Part shown: positions 19,897 to 30,159 of the stretch, one piece after another
Numbering within the stretch: position 1 is the first letter of the stretch
Layout of the letters: the number at the start of each line of letters is the position of its first letter
Source: Guillardia theta CCMP2712
Taxonomy: Eukaryota > Protista > Cryptophyta
Assembly: GCF_000315625.1 (NCBI RefSeq)
Contig: NW_005434498.1
Location: forward strand, 1-64,000
Length of the DNA: 64,000 nt
Direction of reading: 5' to 3'
Notes under the pieces: generated by a model
Seen by the model: the letters and a program-made list of their open reading frames with translations, nothing else
Told to the model about the DNA's origin: nothing
Databases searched by the model: none
Position numbers and translations under genes: made by a program

Positions 19897-20096
19897 GCAT
19901 GGCAGGGAAGGGGCAAGGACACAGAAGACAGATGGAAGACGAAAGGGCAACGGTCAACGAGGACAGACCGAAGGGGAAGCCTCACAGGCGAAAAACAACC
20001 AACATGGCAAGGAAGGGGCAAGGACACAGGAGACAGATGGATGACGACAGGGGAAAGGGCAACGAGGACAGACCGATGGGGAAGCTTCACAAGCGG
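19897..20096 (+). repeat. ~105-bp direct repeat x2 (plus a partial upstream copy) in the 3'UTR of element D
   Basis: GGAAGGGGCAAGGACACAG...AACGAGGACAGACCGA.GGGGAAGC occurs twice. Confidence 0.8.
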
Positions 20097-21519
20097 TGAC
20101 TTATCAAAGGGGTTCAATATATAATTGAAGATTGGTCATTCACGGGTACTAATTCTGAAACGAGGTTCCTCAATGGGGTGGGGGTTTATTGGTTGGGGTG
20201 CATAATCCCGTAGGTAGATTGTGCTCAAGGGTAGGGTGGCCTTCAACCAAGGGTATAAAAAATTGAAGGAACTTTGCTGTCACGTGAGGGGGTGGGGGTT
20301 CAGTTCTCGAAAACGAGTCTTTTTGTTGACCAACAGGAGAGTACCCTACCTCTCCCATTTGGGCGACCCTAATAATAATATTAATGCAAAGGTTGTGGAA
20401 CAGATCCGGAAGTACCCTCCCTCATGATGGTACCCACCCTACTTCCATCTGCTTTTCTTTCTGTCGCAGCCCGGAGCTCACCTGCACCGATTCTATCCTC
20501 AAAGAAGTCACTACCCCACCTACCCTGAGTCAAGACTCGGGTCCTGCTGCCAACACCCCTACTGTTCAAACCGTATCTATGCCCCTTACTTTTTATATAA
20601 GTTTTTACCCTAGCCTCAATTTTGAAAGCATAAAATGGCAGTAAACGTTTTTGCATCGCAGCCGCAGAAGCAATAAACAATATTGATCGTCTTTCTGTTT
20701 CTATTGAAACATTAAATTTCTCGCTTTTGTTTCTTGCCAAGTTGGGTCCGGGGGACGTACGGGGGCTGCACGTTCGGGACATGAAAAGACTTTATTTCAA
20801 TCGAGTACCTACCCTATGACCTGAGTAAATAATTCTAGCAGCACTTCCCCTGCGACTCTCATCAAACTCAAGGCTTGAAATCATCAGTGGACAAATTATC
20901 ATTAAAAAAAAAAATCACTGAAAGAGGAGGCGGTGTATGCTAGCGCTACTCTCTTTGTCCTGATCCTTGTTCCCCTGCTTGTCGTGCATGCTGTCGCTTG
21001 CGTGCTTGGAGTAGCGGTTTTCGCTGCCTCCTACGTTTCCTAGTCACTTTTATTGAGGCGGGTTTGTAGGCTTTATTCTCGTCCACTTCTTGTTTGCTCC
21101 GGTTTGCAAGTTTCTTTTTCACTCAGTCAATAAAGAAGTATATCCTGCAGCTTGCTAAAACACCTTTCAGCCTCGCACACTTCATTTCAATAAGGGTTGA
21201 GTGTCTTTTTCTTATATACATTTGCCCCTTCTTTTCTCATCAGGATTTTTCACTGTTATGCTGTGTAAAATATTTTCACTCTGTTGTGCTGCGAAAACTT
21301 TTAAGAGAATGTGAGAAATCCTTAGCAGAAAGTGTCGTGAGCCTGAAAAAATTCAAAAAAAGACATTCTCTGGGATAGATTCAGCGATCATCTTCTCGAA
21401 GCAGCCACACTTTACACGAATGATCCAGTCTTGCTTGTTTCAAGTTTGCATCGGCGTGTATCATGTCCAACCAACCAAACTCAGAACTGAAAACATGCAA
21501 GTTGTGCAAGCGCAAGCAG

Positions 21520-22095
21520 CTCTTCCATCACGTCTGTGCGTCTGTGGTGACCCAGGCAGGCGAGGTAAACCATTGCGGCAAATGTGACAAACCAGCTGCA
21601 CCGGAGAAGGAGAGCAGACCTTTGAGGCGCCGCCGGGCAGGGAATCGTGGGAGGGTGATCAGTACAGGGAAGCTTTCCATGATCTGGCGTCTCCAAGTGG
21701 GTCAATATCAGCACCCAGAGGAATGACGCGAGGTGCTTGAGTTGTCCAAATCCTCCAAGGCTCACGAGGTGGGCGCCCTATTCGCCGTAGGCGGCTCCTA
21801 TCTTTGAAGCACGAATACACGACAGTCTGAGGGTGCCATTGCCTTACTTCGCTCTTGAGGCAGCCTGTACCGAAGTGAACCTGTATTAGCACATGGAATA
21901 CTACAAGGTTGTGGACATTGACAAGTATGGGGCGACAAAGAATTGTTATCGATGCAAATCGAAGAGAAACGGCGGGGCTTTGAAGCAGTGGCAACTGAGG
22001 TACGAGGTTTGAAATGGTGTGGATCCACCAGATGTTCAAGAGGTCGGATATTATCTCGCCGCATGTAAATGTTGAACTGAACATCCTGCTCATAG
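21520..22095 (+). pseudogene. Highly decayed Fanzor (eukaryotic TnpB-like RuvC nuclease) relic
   Basis: Across frameshifts: VCGDPGR (RuvC-I, 21540-21560), YKVVDIDKYGATKNCYRC (RuvC-II + Zn), EVRGLKWCGSTRC..ILSR/HVNVELNILL (RuvC-III). These are collinear with the 41-42 kb copy. Confidence 0.7.
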
Positions 22096-22467
22096 AGTAA
22101 TCAGTGACGTGAGTTGAAAGCAGGTCACGGCAGCAACTCACACCATCATTGCAAAACAAACTTCCTTCTGCGTATTGCCAGCACGGTTTGTCAGTGGAAG
22201 AGTCTATCGGATAGCGTCTAGTCATTTCACTGAGGAAGGCGCCACGTCGTGACGAATGTCCTCATCTCAAAACGCAAAGATTGCTGGGCACTGGCAACTT
22301 TGTATATTTCGAAATGATCGCCTACATGTGCAAAACAGGAATTCTGACGATTCTAAAGTCTTTGAAGCACAATCTTGCAAGGCGACTGTCTACGTGCAAA
22401 AACTTCTCTTCTTCTGTCGCGTCCTCCCAGGTTCCAACTACTCCCTTGGCGCTGCTCTTACGATTGA

Positions 22468-24805
22468 CTACGTATGCTGCGGAGCGAAACTCATCCATCC
22501 CCTTGGCCTCCGCATCGCATCCTCCTTCGAAAGCATCATGATATACTGAGTTACTCCCCTCATTTGACTCTCCTGCTCCTGGTTTGCCTTCACTCCCTGA
22601 GATGTCAAGCCTTGATCTCGTCCCCAGCAGGGCATTTCCTCATGCCCTGAAGGTACAACGAACAAAAAGTTTACCCTCTCAAACTTGTTCTTGGCTTGCA
22701 GAGCTTTCAAGATGCTGAGCAATGAGTCCACTTTGATAGGATGTTTCCCCGCTCGTGTTATCTGGAACATGTAGAGAACCCCGCTGGCAGACAATGACAT
22801 CCCATCCATGCAAGCGAAGTTTAATGCCTTTGGCTTACAGTATGCATTCGGCATGATCACCCACTCCTCCAAGTCTCTGATTGATGATGCAAATTCAATG
22901 TACGGTTGCGATCTCTTCAACTTCAGCTTCTTTAACCCGTTTCTATCGCCCTTATCCTTCTCCAGCCTTCGCAGATTGTATTTTCCTCCTCCCTTCAGCA
23001 CCTCATGCGCAATGTGTTCAAAAGCTACACCTGCTGCTGACTCATAGCCAGAATTAGGACTCGAAAAAGCCAAGTCGACAACATGATCCCAATCCCTTTT
23101 CACAAGGGCCTCAAATATCATCGTCTCGGCCTTCTTCGAGCATATTCGAGCGGTAAAGGATCTGTAGTCAGTGCTGGGGGAAAGGTGAATCAGTTTCGAT
23201 GGCATTCCAAGGTCTTCATTCACTGCTGCATCCATCTTCCTCTTGAGTGATGACACTGATTCTATTCCTTCAACAGCCTGCTCAAGTGTCTCTAAAGGTT
23301 TCACGACGATATTTCTCGGCACATTGCCCCAATCCTCTACGATCTTCATCACTTCATCGGAGTCAATACGCCCCCATTGCATCATGATGAAGAGTGACAT
23401 CTCATCGTCTGACCACAACGGCAAGAAATATCTCTTCGCCGATCCAGTATTCACAATGTCCTTGAACATCCCATACTTCGGTGAAGAGATTATGATTGTT
23501 TTGGCGGTTCGTGACATTGAATAGCTCCCCTGGTTTTTGTACAGATCACAGATATACCAGCGCCTAAACATTTGGAGAAAGCGTTGCGCTACGGATCCAT
23601 CCATGAACAGGTTCCATGCTTCTCCATCAAAGTACCAATATTCACTCCCTATCTGATACACTACTTCCTCACCAGGCCGGAGGAGCTGAAGAAGTAAGAA
23701 GTATGCGAAGCAGGACTTCCCGATCCCTGGAGTACCTGTGAGGATCACTTGATGGCATCCTTGATTGGTGTCCATGCCCTCTAGCGTCTCTGGGTCCAAC
23801 TTGAAATCCTCTGCAATTTTCCGCCTCATCTCCAAGTAGCACTCTCGTATGAAGAGCTTGTTTCCAAGTGTCTCGTGGCCTCCTAAGCATGCGGAGAAGC
23901 TGACGTATTCATTAGCCCGTAAAACCTTTCCTGCGCATGCGGTAGTCCAGAGCTCTTTCAAGAAACTTAGCATGCCAACTAGCATAAGTCCTGTTAGTAC
24001 CCATGATAGCCACATTCAATTCTGTTTCACCTTCAGGTCTTGACACACTGTCTCTAAGTTGCACAGGACGTGGAATAAGCCTCTCAACCTGCTTATCCTT
24101 GTCCAAGAGCAGCTTCTCCCTGTCTATAAGGTGCTGCTGGTACGCTACAAGCTGCTTCTTGTCCTCTACAAGCTGCTGCTGGTACGCTACAAGCTGCTGC
24201 ACAAGCTGCATGTGGACCTCCTTCAGCATTTGGTCATTTTGATCTTGCATCCTTCTCAACACATCTGTGATCTCTTGTTGTACACCTTCGATCTTTCCTT
24301 GTACACCTTTGATCTCTTGTTGTACACCTTTGATCTCTTGTTGTACATCTCCGATCTCTTCAATTTTCATCTCTTGTTGTTCTCCCTCGATTTCTGATTG
24401 CACCCCCTCGATCCCTTCGTCCTGCTTTGTCAGAATCTCGAGATCAAGAATGTTGGAGCTCCCCTGCATGACGGCATTTGTGAATTGTTTTCTTGATTTT
24501 TTGCAATTCTTATCTGCAGCGTCAATGGCTATGTCATAGACACTCAACATGTGTGGAGCTCCCTCTTGAACAGAAGCGTTCTTCTCATCTCCGCCATCAT
24601 TTCCTCCCCGTATCCCAAGACAAGAGCGCTGACAAACAGCACTCTGCTCGCGATGGAACCGAGTCCACTGAAGGCAACACAATCCCTGCAGTAACAACAC
24701 AAGTTCAAAAAGCTTTTATCTAGCACTGAGGATTATGCCTACCTCTGAGCTCGAAATGATAATTGAGCTCAACCAAAGGAATCCAAGAGGCGACACGAGC
24801 GACAT
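22468..24805 (-). CDS. Crinkler/RHS-type protein: signal-like N-terminus, coiled coil, P-loop NTPase and PD-(D/E)xK REase (3 exons; introns 24686-24742, 23991-24030)
   Basis: Motifs VILTGTPGIGKS, IISSPK, FLPLWS, GVAFEHIAH, YCKPKALNFACMDG, MFQIT..KHPIK. The GT...CTAACAG 40-nt intron joins the two ORFs in frame. Confidence 0.82.
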
Positions 24806-24898
24806 GGCACCCAAGACGCACTTTCCCCCCTGCTGGCAAAGAGCAAACTTAGGCTTGACAAGAAGGCTTGTTTGACGTGGAGGTTGCCTGTATTCCCA

Positions 24899-25262
24899 TC
24901 TGCCTCTGCCTCTGCCTCTGCCTCTGCCTCTGCCTCTGCCTCTGCCTCTGCCTCTGCCTCTGCCTCTGCCTCTGCCTCTGCCTCTGCCTCTGCCTCTGCC
25001 TCTGCCTCTGCCTCTGCCTCTGCCTCTGCCTCTGCCTCTGCCTCTGCCTCTGCCTCTGCCTCTGCCTCTGCCTCTGCCTCTGCCTCTGCCTCTGCCTCTG
25101 CCTCTGCCTCTGCCTCTGCCTCTGCCTCTGCCTCTGCCTCTGCCTCTGCCTCTGCCTCTGCCTCTGCCTCTGCCTCTGCCTCTGCCTCTGCCTCTGTCTC
25201 TGTCTCTGTCTCTGTCTCTGTCTCTGTCTCTGTCTCTGTGTCTGTCTCTGTCTCCGTCTCTC
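24899..25262. repeat. Microsatellite (GCCTCT)n grading into (GTCTCT)n
   Basis: Read directly from the sequence. Confidence 0.97.
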
Positions 25263-25794
25263 AGTTTTTCTCTCACTCGCTCGCTCGCTCTCCCTCCTTC
25301 CCTCTCGCATCCACCCATTTACACATACACCATCGCTCGCTCGCAAATTTTTATCTTTCGGGGACACAGGGCCCCTTGAGGGCCCGAAAGGCCCCGATTT
25401 GAAGACCCTCATACAGCATCTTCCGAACTTGAAACGGAGAGGGCGCGAAAATGGTGGCGGCATACTATGATACGAAAGAGGAGGACGGGCACGTTCCGTT
25501 GATGAAAACCGCACAAGAAGAGACCCATCCATTGCTGAGATAAGACAACTTGAAGATGACAAAATCTGGGAAATCGCTATGAAAGTGCTTGCAGCCATGT
25601 CGCGCTGTGTGAAACGGTTGTATGAAGGACTAGAATTGAATCATAGGTACTTAATCGAACTTCAGATAGTGAAAACTGGATCATCAGAGCTATATTCATT
25701 GTTTTTTGTGCGATCGAAAACAGCAAATTCACAAAATTTGCTTTTTTCTGCCGGGCGAGTTTGTCACGCGTTCTAAATGCTCACTGGCATGTAC

Positions 25795-26337
25795 CGCCAG
25801 TCCCTGGCAGCGGTACAGCTCCAGCCGCTGGCTGAGGCATGCTGGTCGCTGGGCCAGAAAGGTTTCGTCACGATCGATGGTCGCAAGTTCACAGCTGTAC
25901 ATGTGAGCATCGCGAAGTCCTCTCTTCCCTGCCAGAGCTTCTCCGCTTGTGCAATGATTGCGGAGGAAGGAAACAGTCACCGGGATCTCATCAGCACTCA
26001 GTGACTCGGGTCTATCATACGGAGCCTTCCACATGATCGCTTTACTCTCTTGCACTCAGTGCAAGAGAGTAAGTAGACTCAGTGACTGACTCAGTGAGTC
26101 TACGATCAGTCCTATCTCTCTTCATGGTTCAACGGTTGACATAGGAAAACGCTTCGCGAAGCTCTTTACCCTCTCGACCAGGTCAGCTTCGAGGACAGAG
26201 GCATCCACAAGCTCGCCCTTAAGCGTGTATTGGCATGATCTCCGATACAGCATGTTGCGAACCATTCAGGCTTAGAAAGCTGTTTGTACTATACGAACCT
26301 CTTGCTCGCAGCTTCCTTCGCGCCCTGGCGGCTTCCG
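25795..26337 (-). pseudogene. Decayed, internally inverted relic of family B 5'UTR/ORF1
   Basis: 25795-25911 matches the reverse complement of parts of ~5520-5753. 25912-26337 matches ~5753-6421 directly, with many small deletions. Confidence 0.85.
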
Positions 26338-27099
26338 GGGGTCAGCAAACATATCCTATCAGTAAACTACGCACAACCACCACAGTGACACTCACTGTGC
26401 AACGGATGCTCTCGAGAGTCGGAACTTGACACAAATGGTTCATACAGACCCGGGCCTTGTCTGTCGGCCGGTCACCTTGTTGCCACCAGCCCGCGAGCAC
26501 TGACAGTGAATTTGATCTAGAAGAGACTCGTTGGAATGAGAGCCTGGGGGTCAATCACGCTCCGCCGGGCCTGGCAACGCCAAGGTACATACCCCTCCCC
26601 CCTCCCCTGTCTGTCTATCCACTCCCTATATCACCCTACCACCCAATTCTCCTTCAACTCATCAAGACATTGACCAGGACAAGGAACAAACAAATGACCC
26701 TACCCGCTCATATATAATGCACTGGCAGGCTTCCATTCTCCACCCCCCTGACCCTTCAAGTACCTCTACCATCTTCTTTACCTATGAACCCCCCCCCCCC
26801 CCCCCCCCCCCCCAGATAAGAAGTCCTCACAACCCTACCCTCATTCGATCGAGTCAGTCAATTGCAACTCTCTATTATTAGTGTTGACTGACGATTTGAG
26901 GAGATGAACAGTGCCGACGAACAAAGATAAAATCATGCTGCAAGAGGATGGAGAGGCGGGGGTAACGGAAAGACAGGAACTTAAGTGAAGAGAGAACAGA
27001 GGATGGCATGATAGTATCACTCCTGATAGAGCTAGAAATAACGTACAATTTGTCGGAACGAAATTCATTTCAAAAATATATTACTGAGAATAACCGAAA

Positions 27100-29900
27100 T
27101 CGATGTTTTTGATTCAAAGAAGGTCGGTGGATAAGATTTTTGAAGATTGGACCGGAGAAGTGACTGATCCAGCATTGCCAGACGAGACTCTACCTTCAAA
27201 ATATGCAATCATGACCAAGAATTTCTTATGCACGGATCCAAATAGACTGAGTTGACATGTCCGAGAATCCTTTGCATGGTCGTCGAAGATCATCAATTAC
27301 TGGTTCTGGTTCTTTGAATTCATCGTTGGACGAGTGGATAAATCAAAGTAGAGACGCTGCTGGTCTTGAAAGGTTTGGTGGATTTCATTGCTTTCGGTTG
27401 ACATTGACATATAATACGTCTAGTTTTGATAAGGCGGAAGAAATCCAGAGAGAGCAGAAGGAAGAAGACGCAAGAGTGATACATTTTTAACTGGTTTTGC
27501 TGGTCTTGGAGACTTAAATTTGTCATCAGGCTGCATTCGAAGCAGATGGTCAGAGGAACATTGACGCAGCGAAACATTTCTTGGCCAAGAACAAGTATCT
27601 AAAAGATTTAGTTTTCTGATAAAAATTCAGCCTCTTTCCCATGCAGGTTTGCAGACGCACGACTCAGCATCCAGCGGGCTCGTGCAGTGCTGAAAAAAGC
27701 AAAGGTGGGGAGAGAACCCGAACTGAGAGCTCTTGAGGGGAGTATAGAGCAGGCAGAGGTGAAGGCAGCAAGGTCAACTTTCCTCTTCCATTTTTATCGT
27801 GTAAAGCTGTGCAGGAACGATGGAAAATCCGCACTTTCCCAAGCAGAGGAGTTTGTATACGCAAAACGGCATGAAATGATGTATTGTCAATTTTCTTTTT
27901 TAACGTGATGCAGGTATGAGATGGCTCGAGAAAAACTTGCTGAAGCAAGGTGCTTTTCCAAATCCATTCTCTCTAGTCTCTTGGTTCACTCAATCTGCTG
28001 GAATCAGAATTGCATTCAGCCGTGGCCCTTCGGATGAGGTATACATTTGATTCGTGGTTTCATTTGAATTGCTAGAACAGGAGCAAGTGCTAGCGCTGCA
28101 GCAAATTCGCGATCTGGATGTTAAAGTTGAGGTCAACCCTGATCGCCCCTAGTCTCTCTCATCAGAGTTGATTGCAGTCATCGCAATGGTGGAATACAGC
28201 AGCTCCTGGCAATGGCGGCAACTCACAATCAGTTCGAGATCCCAACATTGAAAGCTGCAGACCACGATCCTCAGAGGAGCTCAGGTACCTTGATACCTTT
28301 GTTAACAATTCAACATGACTGAACTCACAATCAGGACGAAAGATGCACTCGCTAAACAAACTGCATTACAACGAGCGACGATGGATGCAAAGAACGCTTT
28401 GCTAGCGCGAATTCGGAAAAAAGGTGAAACTCCTTTCAAGTCTCAATCGTGCACAAAGCCCGACAATTGCTTCAAGGTCAGGTAGCTCCCGGTGATAATG
28501 GAGAGAAGAATGAGGAACCACAAAAAATGGTAGAAGCCTATTCTCAGTGTCCATCACTCTTTAATCATTCTTGGAAGTCTCTCGCTGATGCAGGATCATC
28601 ACACGACTCTTCACGAAATCTTACGGCAAAGCAGACAGAAGATTCAAATCTGATACAGGAGAAATTTGCAGAAGGAATTTCGCTCTATGCCGATTTTGAG
28701 AAAGCTTTGAAAGATGAGGACACTGTTCTTGCACGGTTCGACCGACCTCCTACTAATTCGAGCAAAACTTTGACAATTGTTGATAGAGAAAAGTTGAAGT
28801 TAACAAGGGAAGCGTTTCGACAAAGCGGTAAATTTTTACATGTCACAAACTGGAAAAAATGAATATGATGCCCCGACAGGAAGAATCTCCGAAAAGGAAT
28901 GAGAAGATCCTTTTTCACTGCTTGCATATTGATGTCTTTGAATTCTTATTGACAATCAAATTTCAGGCTGAAGTTCTTCGAAAAGCAGAAGGCCGTCTGC
29001 TCTCCTTAAATGTATTCCCATATTTACCCCAAACCCAAAGAATCTACAGCTTAGCTGTGAATACAGGAAAAAAAGGAGAGGGATCAACTAACCAAGTGGC
29101 AAGAGAAAAATGAGCAGGAGCGACAAAGGTATGAGTTTATTTCCGTCCACAAAGATCTTTACAGTCTCTTTCCCAGATTTGAAGAAGAGTTTGCGAGGAA
29201 GCAATCAACTTTTTCCAAAGAAGAGCTTGATGAAGGCAAAGATACACAATTGTCATTTACTAGCTTCTGACTTTTGCTCATCAAGTTTTGAAGAAGAGAA
29301 AGGAGTTGGAGGAAGAGGCATGTCATGTGATTGAGGATTAAATCTGATTTCAAAGGTTTTGTGTAGGCTGCTGCGCTTGCAATGAAGCAGCTTGAACTGG
29401 ACAAGAGGCAGCATGAAGCATCCCAACCAGAAGAATCAGTTGCAGAATCCAACCAAGGACAGCCAGTTTTGAACCACAATTTCAGCAAAAAATCTTTTCA
29501 AAGTCAGAGTGCTCGTTCATCTGTCGCAGCTTGGGAGCTTGAGGTATAAGAGGACAACTGCAACAGAAGCTGACAGGTACTACAGAATAGACAAGTGTTC
29601 GCCGAAGAACAGGGAGAGATAATCAGTAGTCCGACGTCCATGGCAAGAAATTATCATCAATACGCTCTCCAGGATTTGAATTAAACCTGTAGGAGCCTAA
29701 GCTGCTGGGGGTTCCGATAGTGGTTTCAACCAAGGTGCTCGTTTCTTCTTCTGGGTTCTCACTAATCAGCCTCAAGGACCTAATAGACGCTGAAAAGGAA
29801 AGAGGATTTCTCTACTCCACGATGGGAAGAAAGGTGAGGGATCATTCAATGGGGTTGAACAGTCCCCGACTGAAACTTGATAGGTGTCACTTCGATGCTC
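27100..29900 (+). CDS. Probable multi-exon hypothetical (coiled-coil-rich) gene; boundaries uncertain
   Basis: Short E/K/Q-rich coding-like segments are separated by GT-AG intron-like stretches. DAAGLERF faintly resembles the small-GTPase G3 motif. Confidence 0.4.
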
Positions 29901-30159
29901 CACTCGTCTTATTGCAATCATAGGGCTTAGTAAGGTATTTCTACTCTAATTCAAAAAGTCACTCTTCTCCCAGGCTGTATCATCTTCTCAATCATGTTCG
30001 TTGGCTTAGCGTCGTTTCATGTCATATAGTTTTTGTTGGTATGAAGGTAAAGGTCATTATGTTGCTTGTGAAATCACCCGACATGAAGACAAGTGGATGG
30101 GTCAATAGTGCACGGGAAGGAGAAGAAGACGACAATTTACTCATTGTCATCTGCACCGC

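Larger units (their letters stand above)
10050..20380 (+). mobile_element. Apparently intact ~10.3-kb dual-endonuclease (Dualen/RandI-like) non-LTR retrotransposon, family D
   Basis: 5' repeats follow TTTAGG, then two long open ORFs, a 3'UTR and a putative tail TAATAATAATA at 20370-20380. The exact 3' end is inferred. Confidence 0.9.

Noticed and set aside
19806-20099. 97-aa ORF3 overlapping the ORF2 stop (ATGA)
   Set aside because: It is made of purine-rich 3'UTR repeats and has no similarity to the equivalent region of element C, so it is likely incidental. Not fully excluded.
24716-25598. ORFs with poly-RG, RQ, CL or AS tracts
   Set aside because: They are translations of the (GCCTCT)n microsatellite.
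26788-26813. Poly-C run
   Set aside because: Isolated homopolymer with no associated structure; its length is unreliable.
27340-27480. Rab/Ras GTPase call from DAAGLERF
   Set aside because: I could not identify a P-loop (GxxxxGKS/T) or NKxD motif.
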